Shown piece by piece: positions 17,640 to 26,551 of a DNA stretch of 64,000 nt. This stretch comes from Candidatus Latescibacterota bacterium (GTDB taxonomy: Bacteria; Latescibacterota; UBA2968; UBA8231). Position 1 is the stretch's first letter; every line of letters begins with the position of its first letter. The position numbers and the translations under genes were made by a program. Below the pieces are notes generated by a model that saw only the letters and a list, made by a program, of their open reading frames with translations, did not search any database and was not told the origin of the DNA. Location: positions 704,001-768,000 of the forward strand of contig CBDCSU010000004.1 of assembly GCA_965221775.1 (NCBI GenBank). Reading direction: 5' to 3'.

Positions 17640-20600
17640 CTACGCAGAGGCAAGGTCCCGGGAGAACCCCGTTCCGGGCTTCACTTGTTCGATGGCCTCG
17701 TCGATGTTCTTCACTCTGTGGAGGATTTCCGGGAAGGCCTTGGCGGTGAAGGCATAGGGGGGACGATCCGTCTCCAGGATGGCGCACATGTGGAGATTGG
17801 ACAAGGCCGTGTCCAGAGCCGCTCCCGGAACCTCCAGGCCGGCGCGCCGCAAACCCTCTTCCAGCCCTTCCCGCGACAGCCCGGGGCCGCCAGGCGCCTC
17901 GGCCATGACCAGGGTCACGGTGCGTTCGAGGGGATCGCCCTGGCCCCAGATGGTCTCGATGAACTCGGCCTGGAACTCGCCCGAATCGAGCACGCTCTGG
18001 CAGTGGTACGGGGTGACCCGCCGGCTCTGCTCGCGGGCCATGCGGCGCACGAGCCGGTCGCACAGGTACTGGATGATGCGCGGATGGCAGGAGGAGACAC
18101 CGAGAATCCGTCCCACGAGGTCTTCGGCATCGACCAGCTCTATGTCCATCAGCTCCATGGGCTCGACGACGATGCGCCGGGCATTGGCCGGATCGAGATA
18201 GCGCAGAGGCAGGGCGTCACAGAAATTGAGCATGGGCGAGGCCAGGTCGTGGAGCTGACCGTGGAGAATGCGCTCACCGCTGAACACGAAGCGGCACTTG
18301 CCCTCTTCCGACAGGGCCCTGAAGGTCTTGAAGAGGAGCTCGTCGTGATGGGTGTCAAAGCGCAGCAGGGCGTCCATCTCGTCCATGAGGAAGACGATCG
18401 TCTTCTCCTCTTCCTCGTATAGCCGGGTGATGAGCTGGTGGAAGCGCTCGGGCTCCTCCCCCTCCACCTGCAGGCCCCAGTTGCTGCGCACGTGGGCGAA
18501 GAAAGCCTGGTAGTTGGTCACCGCCTGATAGTTGGCGTAGAAGGGCCGGTAGTCGCTGGCGGGAAGCCTGAAGGTGCGGTACACCTTCTGCAACACGGAA
18601 GTCTTGCCGATGCGGCGCCCCCCGACGATGCCGATGTTCTTGGTATGGAGCGTCTGGACGATGGTCTTGATCTCCTCTTCGCGGCCGAAGAAGATCGTGT
18701 CCGGCACAGGTCCCGTCGTGACATAGGGAGAGACGACGATGAGATCGACCTGTTGCAGCACCGGGCGCATGAAGACACGGTGGCGGAAGTGGTCGGTGGA
18801 AGCGGCGATCCTCCTGATCTCCGCCTGGCTCAGAACTATGAAGTCGTATCCCAGGCCCTGGGCCTGGGTCCTGATGGTGAAGCGGGCCTCCAGCTCGTTC
18901 AGGTAGACCACCACCAGGGCAAAGCGGCCGATGAGCCCGAAGGACTCCATCAAGGTCCGCAGATGGGACAGGTCCTCCGCCTCGAAGACCGGGCGCTGGA
19001 GGAAGATCAGGGGAAAGGGTGATGGGATCTTGGCGCCCCGCAGCGATGTGGTGTGGACGACAGTGCCCCAGAAAGGCCCACTCCGCCGGCCCGCTTCCTC
19101 GTCCACGGTGAAGCCCAGGGTCCTGCACAGCAGGTCGGCCCCCTGTCCCGCGGCCTCGGCAAAGGCCCGGAGCGCGGACGGACGGCTGGCGTTCAGCAGG
19201 CCGAGCCCCTGTCGCCAGTGCTCGTCGAACTGCCGCAGAACCTGGCGCTGCGCCGGGGCAAAGGCGATGTGCTCGCCGTCGACCTCCAGGTCGAACTCCT
19301 CGTGTTCGGCCATGTAGCGCTGTCCGGCGTACGAGCGGTGGATGCGGGGAATGCCCCCCAGGTGAAACCGGCCCACCGATCTCCCATCCTCGTGCGGGCC
19401 GGTCCCCTGGTCGAGATCGTCGTTCCACACTCCGAGGAGCCCTTCCTCGATCTGCCGGTCCCAATTGGGGTAGCTGCGCCGCCGGTCCTCCTTCACCTGC
19501 CGCTGGCGCCGGATGCGGTACCCCAGACAGGCGGCGACCAGCAGGGCTGCCCCGCTGCCCGCCACGATCCGGTCCCAGGGCCGCGCGGTGGGCGGCGGCT
19601 TCAAGCGTGCCCGGACGGGCTCCTGGCGGTTGGAGCCATCCACGGTGAGCTCCTTCTTCCAGACCGCCTCTCCCTTGCTGACCCGCAGGGTGTGGGTGCC
19701 CGGTTCCAGGAAGACCTCCACCGGCGTCGTCAGGTCGACCAGGCGGTCGTCGATCCACACCTGGGAGTGGAGGGAGTCGGAATCGATGACCAGGGTCGCA
19801 CCGGCCAGGGGCAGACTGCGGAACAGGCGATTGGCCGGCTGCAGACGGGGCCGTGCCGTCTCTCGGAGCCGGCCCAGCTCGTGCAGCGACTCGTACACCT
19901 CGCCCAACCTCACCACGTGGTCGGCCTCCCGCAGCTGCGCGGCCAGAGGCACGGTGAACACGCCCTCCCGGATCGCCTCGGCCGGACCGCCGGCGCTGAG
20001 CACGGCGGCGTCTGCCGGCAGGTAGTCGGTCCGGGTGATGCCGTCCAGGAAGCCGGCTTCCGCCATTTTCTCCAAGGGGCTCGTCACACCCTTGTCCGAC
20101 AGCCCGTCGCCGGTGTACCCGGCGTCGATGGCGACGACCGTGTAGCGCCCCCGCAGTCTGCGCAACTGGCGCCCCAACTCGTCGTCGCGCCAGTACGTGT
20201 CCGTCTGTCCATGGACGGCATCGACCAACAGCAGGCACTCGTCGAGCCGGTCCGGTTCCATATCCGGATAGAGGTCGTCCCTTGTGCGTGTGCCGCGGCC
20301 TGAGAAATAGAAGAAGACCAGGTCCTCCTCCCCCACCTGGTCGGACAGACGGGCGAAGAGCGTTTGCAGGGAGGCCCGGGTGGCCTCGGAGTCGACCAGG
20401 CTGCTGATGCGCTCGGGGTCAAAGGCGGCGCCCTCGATCAGGGCCTGCCGCACGAGTTCGACATCGAGCGGGGCTCGCTCCAGGGGTTGGAAGCCCGAGT
20501 CGGGACCATAGGCTCCGACACCGACCAGAATGGCCCAGCGTTGGCGGAAGGAGAGGTGCTCGTACTGGCTGCTGGCCGCGGCATCGGCCAGCGGCAGGGC

Positions 20601-20666
20601 CAGGATCAACGTCAACACGCCTGTCAGGCGGCACCGAGGGCCTGGGACGGCAAGTCCCTGGGTCAT
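17640..20666 (-). CDS. Transmembrane protein: exported pseudo-caspase + PEGA + TM + cytoplasmic STAND-like AAA ATPase
   Basis: Signal peptide from MTQGL (GGAGG RBS); RWAILVGV, FFYFSGRG, IDAGYTG; PEGA-like QVWIDD..TTP..LEPGTHTLRV; TM IVAGSGAALLVAACLGY followed by RIRRQR; SPYVTTGPV..FFGREEE, GGRRIGKTS, FLMDEMD, CHPRIIQYLC. Confidence 0.85.
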   Translation of the reverse strand: MTQGLAVPGPRCRLTGVLTLILALPLADAAASSQYEHLSFRQRWAILVGVGAYGPDSGFQPLERAPLDVELVRQALIEGAAFDPERISSLVDSEATRASLQTLFARLSDQVGEEDLVFFYFSGRGTRTRDDLYPDMEPDRLDECLLLVDAVHGQTDTYWRDDELGRQLRRLRGRYTVVAIDAGYTGDGLSDKGVTSPLEKMAEAGFLDGITRTDYLPADAAVLSAGGPAEAIREGVFTVPLAAQLREADHVVRLGEVYESLHELGRLRETARPRLQPANRLFRSLPLAGATLVIDSDSLHSQVWIDDRLVDLTTPVEVFLEPGTHTLRVSKGEAVWKKELTVDGSNRQEPVRARLKPPPTARPWDRIVAGSGAALLVAACLGYRIRRQRQVKEDRRRSYPNWDRQIEEGLLGVWNDDLDQGTGPHEDGRSVGRFHLGGIPRIHRSYAGQRYMAEHEEFDLEVDGEHIAFAPAQRQVLRQFDEHWRQGLGLLNASRPSALRAFAEAAGQGADLLCRTLGFTVDEEAGRRSGPFWGTVVHTTSLRGAKIPSPFPLIFLQRPVFEAEDLSHLRTLMESFGLIGRFALVVVYLNELEARFTIRTQAQGLGYDFIVLSQAEIRRIAASTDHFRHRVFMRPVLQQVDLIVVSPYVTTGPVPDTIFFGREEEIKTIVQTLHTKNIGIVGGRRIGKTSVLQKVYRTFRLPASDYRPFYANYQAVTNYQAFFAHVRSNWGLQVEGEEPERFHQLITRLYEEEEKTIVFLMDEMDALLRFDTHHDELLFKTFRALSEEGKCRFVFSGERILHGQLHDLASPMLNFCDALPLRYLDPANARRIVVEPMELMDIELVDAEDLVGRILGVSSCHPRIIQYLCDRLVRRMAREQSRRVTPYHCQSVLDSGEFQAEFIETIWGQGDPLERTVTLVMAEAPGGPGLSREGLEEGLRRAGLEVPGAALDTALSNLHMCAILETDRPPYAFTAKAFPEILHRVKNIDEAIEQVKPGTGFSRDLASA

Positions 20667-20732
20667 GGCCGCCTCCGCGTGCCGGCGTGGTCCGAGTCCG
20701 AGGGTGAGGAGGTCTGCATGTTCAGCCAAGCT

Positions 20733-20748
20733 AGCAATATGCGTGCCG
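20733..20748 (-). promoter_or_regulatory. sigma54 (-24/-12) promoter of the pseudo-caspase/STAND/bEBP operon
   Basis: Minus strand reads CGGCACGCATATTGCT: GG-N10-GC, matches TGGCACG-N4-TTGCW except the first base. Confidence 0.82.
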
Positions 20749-20802
20749 GCGACAAACCGCTCGAAAACGTCCAACGGCGGGGCATGTAGCGTGCGGCGGC
20801 CA

Positions 20803-20877
20803 GCCTGGCTCGCCGGACTTCATGCGGTTTTCTGGACAGGGCAGCCCCGGATCGGTCGTCTGTCCGATTTTCCGGAC
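20803..20877. promoter_or_regulatory. Putative bEBP enhancer (UAS) array
   Basis: GTCCG-ATTTTC-CGGAC at 20862-20877 (15/16 identical to 8110-8125); degenerate ATGCG-GTTTTC-TGGAC at 20822-20837 and GCCTG-GCTCGC-CGGAC at 20803-20818. Confidence 0.65.
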
Positions 20878-20984
20878 AGCCGCCGCTCGGGCTTGACCGT
20901 TCTTGCGGAAACGGCCTGTATCGGGGCATGCGGTGTGCCCCACCGCGTCGCCGGAGATCAGAGCCTGCTCCCTGCCAGCAAGCC

Positions 20985-22652
20985 ATGAGCACGACCGACC
21001 TGCACATTCAGCTCGACCTGCGGATCCCCATGCGCGACGGCGTCGAGCTGTACGCCGCCCTGTACCGCCCTCGCCACGGGGAGCGGTTCCCGGTGCTGCT
21101 GATCCGCTCGCCCTACAGCACCCAGCGTCAGCGCTACGTCGACTGGTCCGTGCGCTTCGCCGCCGCCGGCTACGCCGTGGTCATGCAGGACTGCCGCGGC
21201 CGCTACGAGTCGGAGGGCAAGTGGCGGCCCTACATCGATGAGACCGACGACGGCTACGACACCTGCCAGTGGCTCGGGGCCCAGCCCTGGTGCGACGGCC
21301 ACATCGGCACCTTCGGCGTCTCCTACCCCGGCTTCACGCAGATCCTGCCCGCCCACCTGCGCAGCCCGTACGTGAAGGGCCTGGTGCCGATCGCCAACCA
21401 GGAGGACAACTACGGGCACATGCGCTGCGACGGCGTCCTGCAGCTGCAGAACGCGATGAACTTCATCTGGCTCGGGGACCGCACCAACCAGGACGCGCCC
21501 CGGGACCTGATCGACTGGGACGAGGTCTACCGCCGCCTGCCGCTGGTGAGCGCCCTCGACGACCTCGGCGAGCGCCCCTTCTACCGGGAGATCGTGCGCC
21601 ACAGCCGCTTCGACGAGTTCTGGACCTCGTACAGCATGAAGGAGCGCTATCCCGAGGTGGAGACGCCGGCGTACTTCATCACCGGCTGGTACGACAACCT
21701 GCTCCACGAGGGCTTCAAGTGCTTCCACGGCTTCCGCAACCGCGCCCGCGAGCCGGCCCGCCGGCACACCCGACTCCTCGTGGGGCCCTGGACCCACACC
21801 GCCATCGGCGACAGCGCCCCCTTCGGCGACATCGGCTTCGGCGCCGAGGCGGCCGTCGACATCCCCGCCGAGCACCTGCGCTGGTACGACCAGCGGCTGC
21901 GGGGCATCGACACCGGGATCGACGACGAGCCGCCGGTGCGGATCTTCGTGATGGGCGCCAACCGCTGGCGCACCGGCCACGAGTGGCCCCTGGCCGGCAC
22001 CCGCTGCACCCCCTTCTACCTGCGCGGCTCGGGACGGGCCAACTCCCTCTTCGGCGACGGCCGCCTGTCGACGCGGGCCCCGGCCGAGGCGGAACCGCCC
22101 GACACCTTCACCTACGACCCGGAGGACCCGGTGCCGACCTGGGGCGGGCAGAGCATGTTCGTTGAGAACACGGGCCCCCGGGACCGCCGGCCCATGCAGC
22201 GGCGCGACGATGTCCTGGTCTACACCAGCGATCCCCTGGAGCAGGACCTGGAGGTCACCGGGCCGGTGGAGCTGGTCCTCCACGCCGCCTCGGACGCGCC
22301 GGACACCGACTTCACCGCCACCCTGGTGGACGTGCACCCCGGCGGCGCGGCGATCCACCTGTGCGAGGGGATCGTGCGCGCCCGCTTCCGCGAGTCCTTC
22401 ACCGAGCCGAGCCTCATCGAGCCGGGGCGCGCATACGAGTACCGCATCCGCCTGTGGGAGACGAGCAACCTCTTCCGCCGCGGCCACCGCATCCGCCTGG
22501 AGGTCTCGAGCAGCAACTTCCCGCGCTTCGACCGCAACCTCAACACCGGCGCGGACCCGGCCGACGACGACCAGCCGAGGCCGGCCGCGCAGACGGTGTA
22601 CCACGACCCCGCGCGCCCGTCCCACCTGATCCTGCCCGTGATGCCCGCGTGA
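20985..22652 (+). CDS. CocE/NonD family hydrolase (peptidase S15-like)
   Basis: IPMRDGVEL, LIRSPY, QDCRGRYESEG, nucleophile GVSYPG, GWYD, LVGPWTH, SSSNFPRFDRNLNTG. Confidence 0.93.
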   Translation: MSTTDLHIQLDLRIPMRDGVELYAALYRPRHGERFPVLLIRSPYSTQRQRYVDWSVRFAAAGYAVVMQDCRGRYESEGKWRPYIDETDDGYDTCQWLGAQPWCDGHIGTFGVSYPGFTQILPAHLRSPYVKGLVPIANQEDNYGHMRCDGVLQLQNAMNFIWLGDRTNQDAPRDLIDWDEVYRRLPLVSALDDLGERPFYREIVRHSRFDEFWTSYSMKERYPEVETPAYFITGWYDNLLHEGFKCFHGFRNRAREPARRHTRLLVGPWTHTAIGDSAPFGDIGFGAEAAVDIPAEHLRWYDQRLRGIDTGIDDEPPVRIFVMGANRWRTGHEWPLAGTRCTPFYLRGSGRANSLFGDGRLSTRAPAEAEPPDTFTYDPEDPVPTWGGQSMFVENTGPRDRRPMQRRDDVLVYTSDPLEQDLEVTGPVELVLHAASDAPDTDFTATLVDVHPGGAAIHLCEGIVRARFRESFTEPSLIEPGRAYEYRIRLWETSNLFRRGHRIRLEVSSSNFPRFDRNLNTGADPADDDQPRPAAQTVYHDPARPSHLILPVMPA

Positions 22653-24742
22653 GTTCGAGGGCGGTGCGCATCGGCGCCGACGTGGGCGGCACCTTCACCG
22701 ACGTCGTCCTCATCGACGGCGAGGGCCGGGTCCACACCCACAAGGCGCCCTCCACCCCGCCCGGGTACGAGCGCGGCGTCCTCGACGCCGTGGCCCATCT
22801 CCTCGAGACGGCGGAGACCGGCGGCGGTCAGGTGCGGCAGGTCGCCCACGGGACGACGGTGGCCACCAACGCCGTCCTCGAGCGCCGCGGGGCGCGCACG
22901 GCCCTGGTCACGACCCGCGGCTTCCGGGACGTCCTCGAGCTGCGCCGCATCCGGGCGCCGCAGATCTACGACCTGTTCTTCACCAAGCCGCCGCCCCTGG
23001 TGGAGCGCTCCCTGCGGATCGAGGCGGACGAGCGCATGGCCGCCGACGGAGAGGTGCTGGAGCCGCTCACCGAGGCAGGCCTGGATGAGCTGGTCGAGCG
23101 GCTGCGGGGCGAGGCCGTGGAGTCGGTGGCCGTCTGCCTGCTCCACTCCTACGCCTGGCCGGCCCACGAGGAGGCCGTCGGCGAGCGCCTCCGCCGCGAC
23201 TTGGCCGGCGTCCCGGTGTCGCTGTCGTGCGAGGTCCTGCCCGAGCGCAAGGAGTACGAGCGCTCGGCCACGACCGTGGTCAACGCCTACGTCCGCCCGG
23301 TGATGGAGCGCTATCTCGGGTCGATGCGCGCCGGCCTGGGCCGCCTCGGGGCCGAGGCGCCGCTGCTGATCATGCAGTCCGCCGGGGGTCTCACGCCCGA
23401 GGCGGACGCGGCCACGCGGCCGGTCTTCGCCCTGGAGTCGGGCCCGGCCGCCGGGGTCCTGGCCGCGGCCCTGACCTGCGAAGCGGCGGGCGAGCCGAAC
23501 CTGATCACCCTGGACATGGGCGGCACCACCGCCAAGGCGTCGATCATCGAGGAGGGCGAACTCTCCTACAGCCCCCAGTACGAGGTCGGGGCGTCGCTGT
23601 CTACAGGGGGCCGGCTGCTGGGCGGCGCCGGGGAGCTGATCCGGGCGCCGAGCATCGACATCGCCGAGGTCGGCGCCGGCGGCGGCAGCGTCGCCTGGCT
23701 GGACCGGGCCGGCGGCCTCCAGGTGGGGCCGCGCAGTGCCGGCGCCGTGCCCGGCCCGGTCTGCTACGGCCGCGGCGGCACCGAGCCGACCCTGACCGAC
23801 GCCAACGTCGTCCTCGGGTACATCCGCGGCGGCGAGCTGGCCGGGGGCGAGGTGAGCATCGACCCGGAAGCCGCGCACCGGGCGGTCCACGACCGCATCG
23901 CCGCCCCCCTCTCCCTGGGCCTGCTGGAGGCGGCCGAGGGCATCCACCGCATCGCCAACGCCCGCACCATGCGGGCCTTGCGCTCGGTCTCCACCGAGCG
24001 CGGGCGCGACCCCCGGGAGTTCGCCCTCATGGCCTTCGGCGGGGCGGGGCCCGTGCATGCCGCCGGCCTCGGGCGGGAGCTGGGGATCGGCCGCCTCTAC
24101 GTGCCCCCCATGCCGGGGCTGTTCAGCGCCTTCGGCCTGCTGTTCTCCGGCGTCGAGCACCACGCCGTGCGCAGCTGCCTGCTCTCCGGGGAGGAGCTGC
24201 GCGCCGGGCCGATCCAGCGGCTCCGGGACGAGCTGGCGGCGGAGCTGGTCGAGCGCTTCGCCGGGGAGGGCTTCGCCGCCGGCGAGGTGAGCCTGAGCGC
24301 CGGGGTCGACGTGCGCTTCCGCGGACAGACCTCCGACATCGCCGTCCCCCTGGCCGCGGAGGTCCTCACCGCCGAGGGCCTGGACCGGGCGCGGGCGGCC
24401 TTCGTCGCCGAGCACGAGCGCCTCTACGGGCACCGCTCCGATCCCGCCAACCCGGTGGAGGTCACCGCCGTGCGCGTGGTCGGCCGGGCCGGGGAGCGGG
24501 GCCTGCCCGGCACCCTGGAGGCGGCCCGGACCGCCCCCGGCGAGGGCAGCCGCCCGGCCTGCTTCGACCCCCGGGAGGGGGCGGTGGAGACCCGCGTGGC
24601 GGCGAGGCGGGACCTGGCGGACGGGGACGAGGGCCCACTGCTGATCGACGAGTACGACTCGACGATCGTCGTGCCCCCCGGGGTGGGGGTGAGGACCGAC
24701 GATCTGGGCAACATCGTCATGGAGCTGCCGCGAGAGAGATGA
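22649..24742 (+). CDS. Hydantoinase/oxoprolinase subunit A (N-methylhydantoinase A-like)
   Basis: IGADVGGTFTD, HGTTVATNA, TTRGFRD, EYERSATTVVNAY, ESGPAAG, DMGGTT, GPVCYGRGG; GTG start overlaps upstream stop. Confidence 0.93.
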   Translation: MSSRAVRIGADVGGTFTDVVLIDGEGRVHTHKAPSTPPGYERGVLDAVAHLLETAETGGGQVRQVAHGTTVATNAVLERRGARTALVTTRGFRDVLELRRIRAPQIYDLFFTKPPPLVERSLRIEADERMAADGEVLEPLTEAGLDELVERLRGEAVESVAVCLLHSYAWPAHEEAVGERLRRDLAGVPVSLSCEVLPERKEYERSATTVVNAYVRPVMERYLGSMRAGLGRLGAEAPLLIMQSAGGLTPEADAATRPVFALESGPAAGVLAAALTCEAAGEPNLITLDMGGTTAKASIIEEGELSYSPQYEVGASLSTGGRLLGGAGELIRAPSIDIAEVGAGGGSVAWLDRAGGLQVGPRSAGAVPGPVCYGRGGTEPTLTDANVVLGYIRGGELAGGEVSIDPEAAHRAVHDRIAAPLSLGLLEAAEGIHRIANARTMRALRSVSTERGRDPREFALMAFGGAGPVHAAGLGRELGIGRLYVPPMPGLFSAFGLLFSGVEHHAVRSCLLSGEELRAGPIQRLRDELAAELVERFAGEGFAAGEVSLSAGVDVRFRGQTSDIAVPLAAEVLTAEGLDRARAAFVAEHERLYGHRSDPANPVEVTAVRVVGRAGERGLPGTLEAARTAPGEGSRPACFDPREGAVETRVAARRDLADGDEGPLLIDEYDSTIVVPPGVGVRTDDLGNIVMELPRER

Positions 24743-26466
24743 CCCGCACCGATCCGATCACCCGCGAGATCGTCCGGAACGCCCTCGCCTCGGCCGCCGA
24801 CGAGATGGCCGTCGCCCTCTACCGGACCGCCTACTCCACCGTGGTGCGCGACTGCCTCGACTACTCCACCTCCCTGTGCGACGCCGACGGCGAGATGATC
24901 GCCCAGGGGGTGACGATCCCCCTGCACCTGGGGGCGGTGCCGTACGCCATGGAGACCCTCTTCGCCCGCTTCGGCGACGACATCGATCCCGGCGACGTCT
25001 TCATCCTCAACGATCCCTTCGACGGCGGCATGCACATCCCCGACATCTTCGTGGTGCAGCCCGTCTTCCGGGAGGGGGAGCGGGTCGCCTTCGCCGTGAG
25101 CACCGCCCACCACCTGGACCTCGGCGGCCGCCTGCCGGGCAGCTCGGCGTGCGACAACACCGAGATCTTCCAGGACGGCCTGCGCATCCCCTGGCTCAAG
25201 CTCTACCGCCGCGGCGAGCCCGACGAGAGCCTCTTCACCTTGCTGAGGGCGAACGTCCGCGTGCCGCACATGACGATCGGCGACCTGCGGGCCCAGCTCG
25301 CCGCCTGCCACATGGGCGAGCGCGCCATCCACGAGCTGATCGACCGCTACGGGTGCGAGACCTTCCGGCGCTGCGCCGCCGACCTGATCGACTACACCGA
25401 GCGCCTGGTGCGCGCCGAGATCGCCTCCTGGCCCGACGGCAGCCAGACCTTCGTCGACCACATGGACGACGACGGCGTCGGCGGCGGCTCCGTGCGCCTG
25501 CAGGTCAAGATCACCGTTGACGGCGACCGGCTCACCGCCGACTTCACCGGCTCGGCGCCCCAGGTGCGCGGCGCTCTGAACAACACCCTCTCCTTCACCG
25601 CCTCGGTGGTGGGCCTGTGCGTGCGCTCGGTCCTGCGCGGGGAGGTGCCGAACACGTCGGGCATGTTCCGGCCCCTGGAGATCATCGCCCCCGAGGGGAC
25701 GGTGGTGCACGGGGCCATGCCCGCGGCCTCGTCCATGCGCGGGGTCACCGGCTTCCGCCTCGTCGACACGGTCCTGGGCGCTCTCTCCGGCCTGCTCCCC
25801 GACCGGGTGATGGCCGCCGGCGAGGGCGGCAACTCCCTCGTCGTCTTCGGCGGCGCCCGCGACGACGGCGAGCCCTACGTCTACTACGAGCTGATGTCGG
25901 GGACCTGGGGCGGGCGGCCGGACCGCGACGGCAACGACGGCCTGTGCAACCCCGCCAACGTGGCCAGCAACATCCCCGTGGAGCAGGCCGAGTCGGAGTA
26001 CCCCATCCGCATCGAGCGTTACGGGTACGTGCCCGACAGCGGCGGCGGCGGGACCTTCCGCGGCGGCCTCGGCCTGGAGCGGGAGTGGCGCCTGCTCTCC
26101 GGGGAGGCGCACCTGGCGATCCGCTCGGACCGCCGGCGGCACCCGCCGTACGGCCTCTACGGCGGGCGGCCGGGCCGGCCCTCCCACACGGTGCTCCACC
26201 GCGAGGGGGGCGAGGAGGTGCTGCCGACGATGATCTCCACGAGGATCGGCGCCGGCGAGCGCGTCCACCACCGGCAGGCCGGCGGCGGCGGCTGGGGCGA
26301 CCCCCTGGGCCGGGACCCGCGGGCGGTGGCCGACGACGTGCGCAACGGCAAGGTCAGCGCCGAGGCGGCGCGGAACGAGCACGGGGTGGTGCTGGAGGCG
26401 GGGACCGGGGAGGTGGATACGGCGGCTACGGAGGCCCTGCGCCGGCGGATGTCGGAGGAGGGATAG
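24739..26466 (+). CDS. Hydantoinase B/oxoprolinase family protein
   Basis: DPITREIVRNAL..ADEM, NDPFDGGMHIPD, HHLDLGG, EIFQDGLRIP, PDSGGGGTFRGG, GGGGWGDP; ATG at 24739 overlaps upstream stop. Confidence 0.93.
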   Translation: MTRTDPITREIVRNALASAADEMAVALYRTAYSTVVRDCLDYSTSLCDADGEMIAQGVTIPLHLGAVPYAMETLFARFGDDIDPGDVFILNDPFDGGMHIPDIFVVQPVFREGERVAFAVSTAHHLDLGGRLPGSSACDNTEIFQDGLRIPWLKLYRRGEPDESLFTLLRANVRVPHMTIGDLRAQLAACHMGERAIHELIDRYGCETFRRCAADLIDYTERLVRAEIASWPDGSQTFVDHMDDDGVGGGSVRLQVKITVDGDRLTADFTGSAPQVRGALNNTLSFTASVVGLCVRSVLRGEVPNTSGMFRPLEIIAPEGTVVHGAMPAASSMRGVTGFRLVDTVLGALSGLLPDRVMAAGEGGNSLVVFGGARDDGEPYVYYELMSGTWGGRPDRDGNDGLCNPANVASNIPVEQAESEYPIRIERYGYVPDSGGGGTFRGGLGLEREWRLLSGEAHLAIRSDRRRHPPYGLYGGRPGRPSHTVLHREGGEEVLPTMISTRIGAGERVHHRQAGGGGWGDPLGRDPRAVADDVRNGKVSAEAARNEHGVVLEAGTGEVDTAATEALRRRMSEEG

Positions 26467-26551
26467 ACCGCTTGGCGTCAGCCGCCGGGGGCTTTTCGCT
26501 ACGCATAAGGGACGGGAGGGCGGCCGCCCGCCGGCGCCCCCCCGGAGAGCC

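Noticed and set aside
13677-20666. Caspase + STAND anti-phage or cell-death system (Avs-like)
   Set aside because: Both caspase domains lack His/Cys and follow signal peptides, and the only evident effector is a transcription activator. A defence-related role cannot be fully excluded.
20667-20774. ORF-track N-terminal extension of the TM-STAND gene (likewise 7900-8061 for DUF4956)
   Set aside because: The extensions run across the sigma54 promoters; downstream ATGs have clear RBSs and give sensible N-termini.
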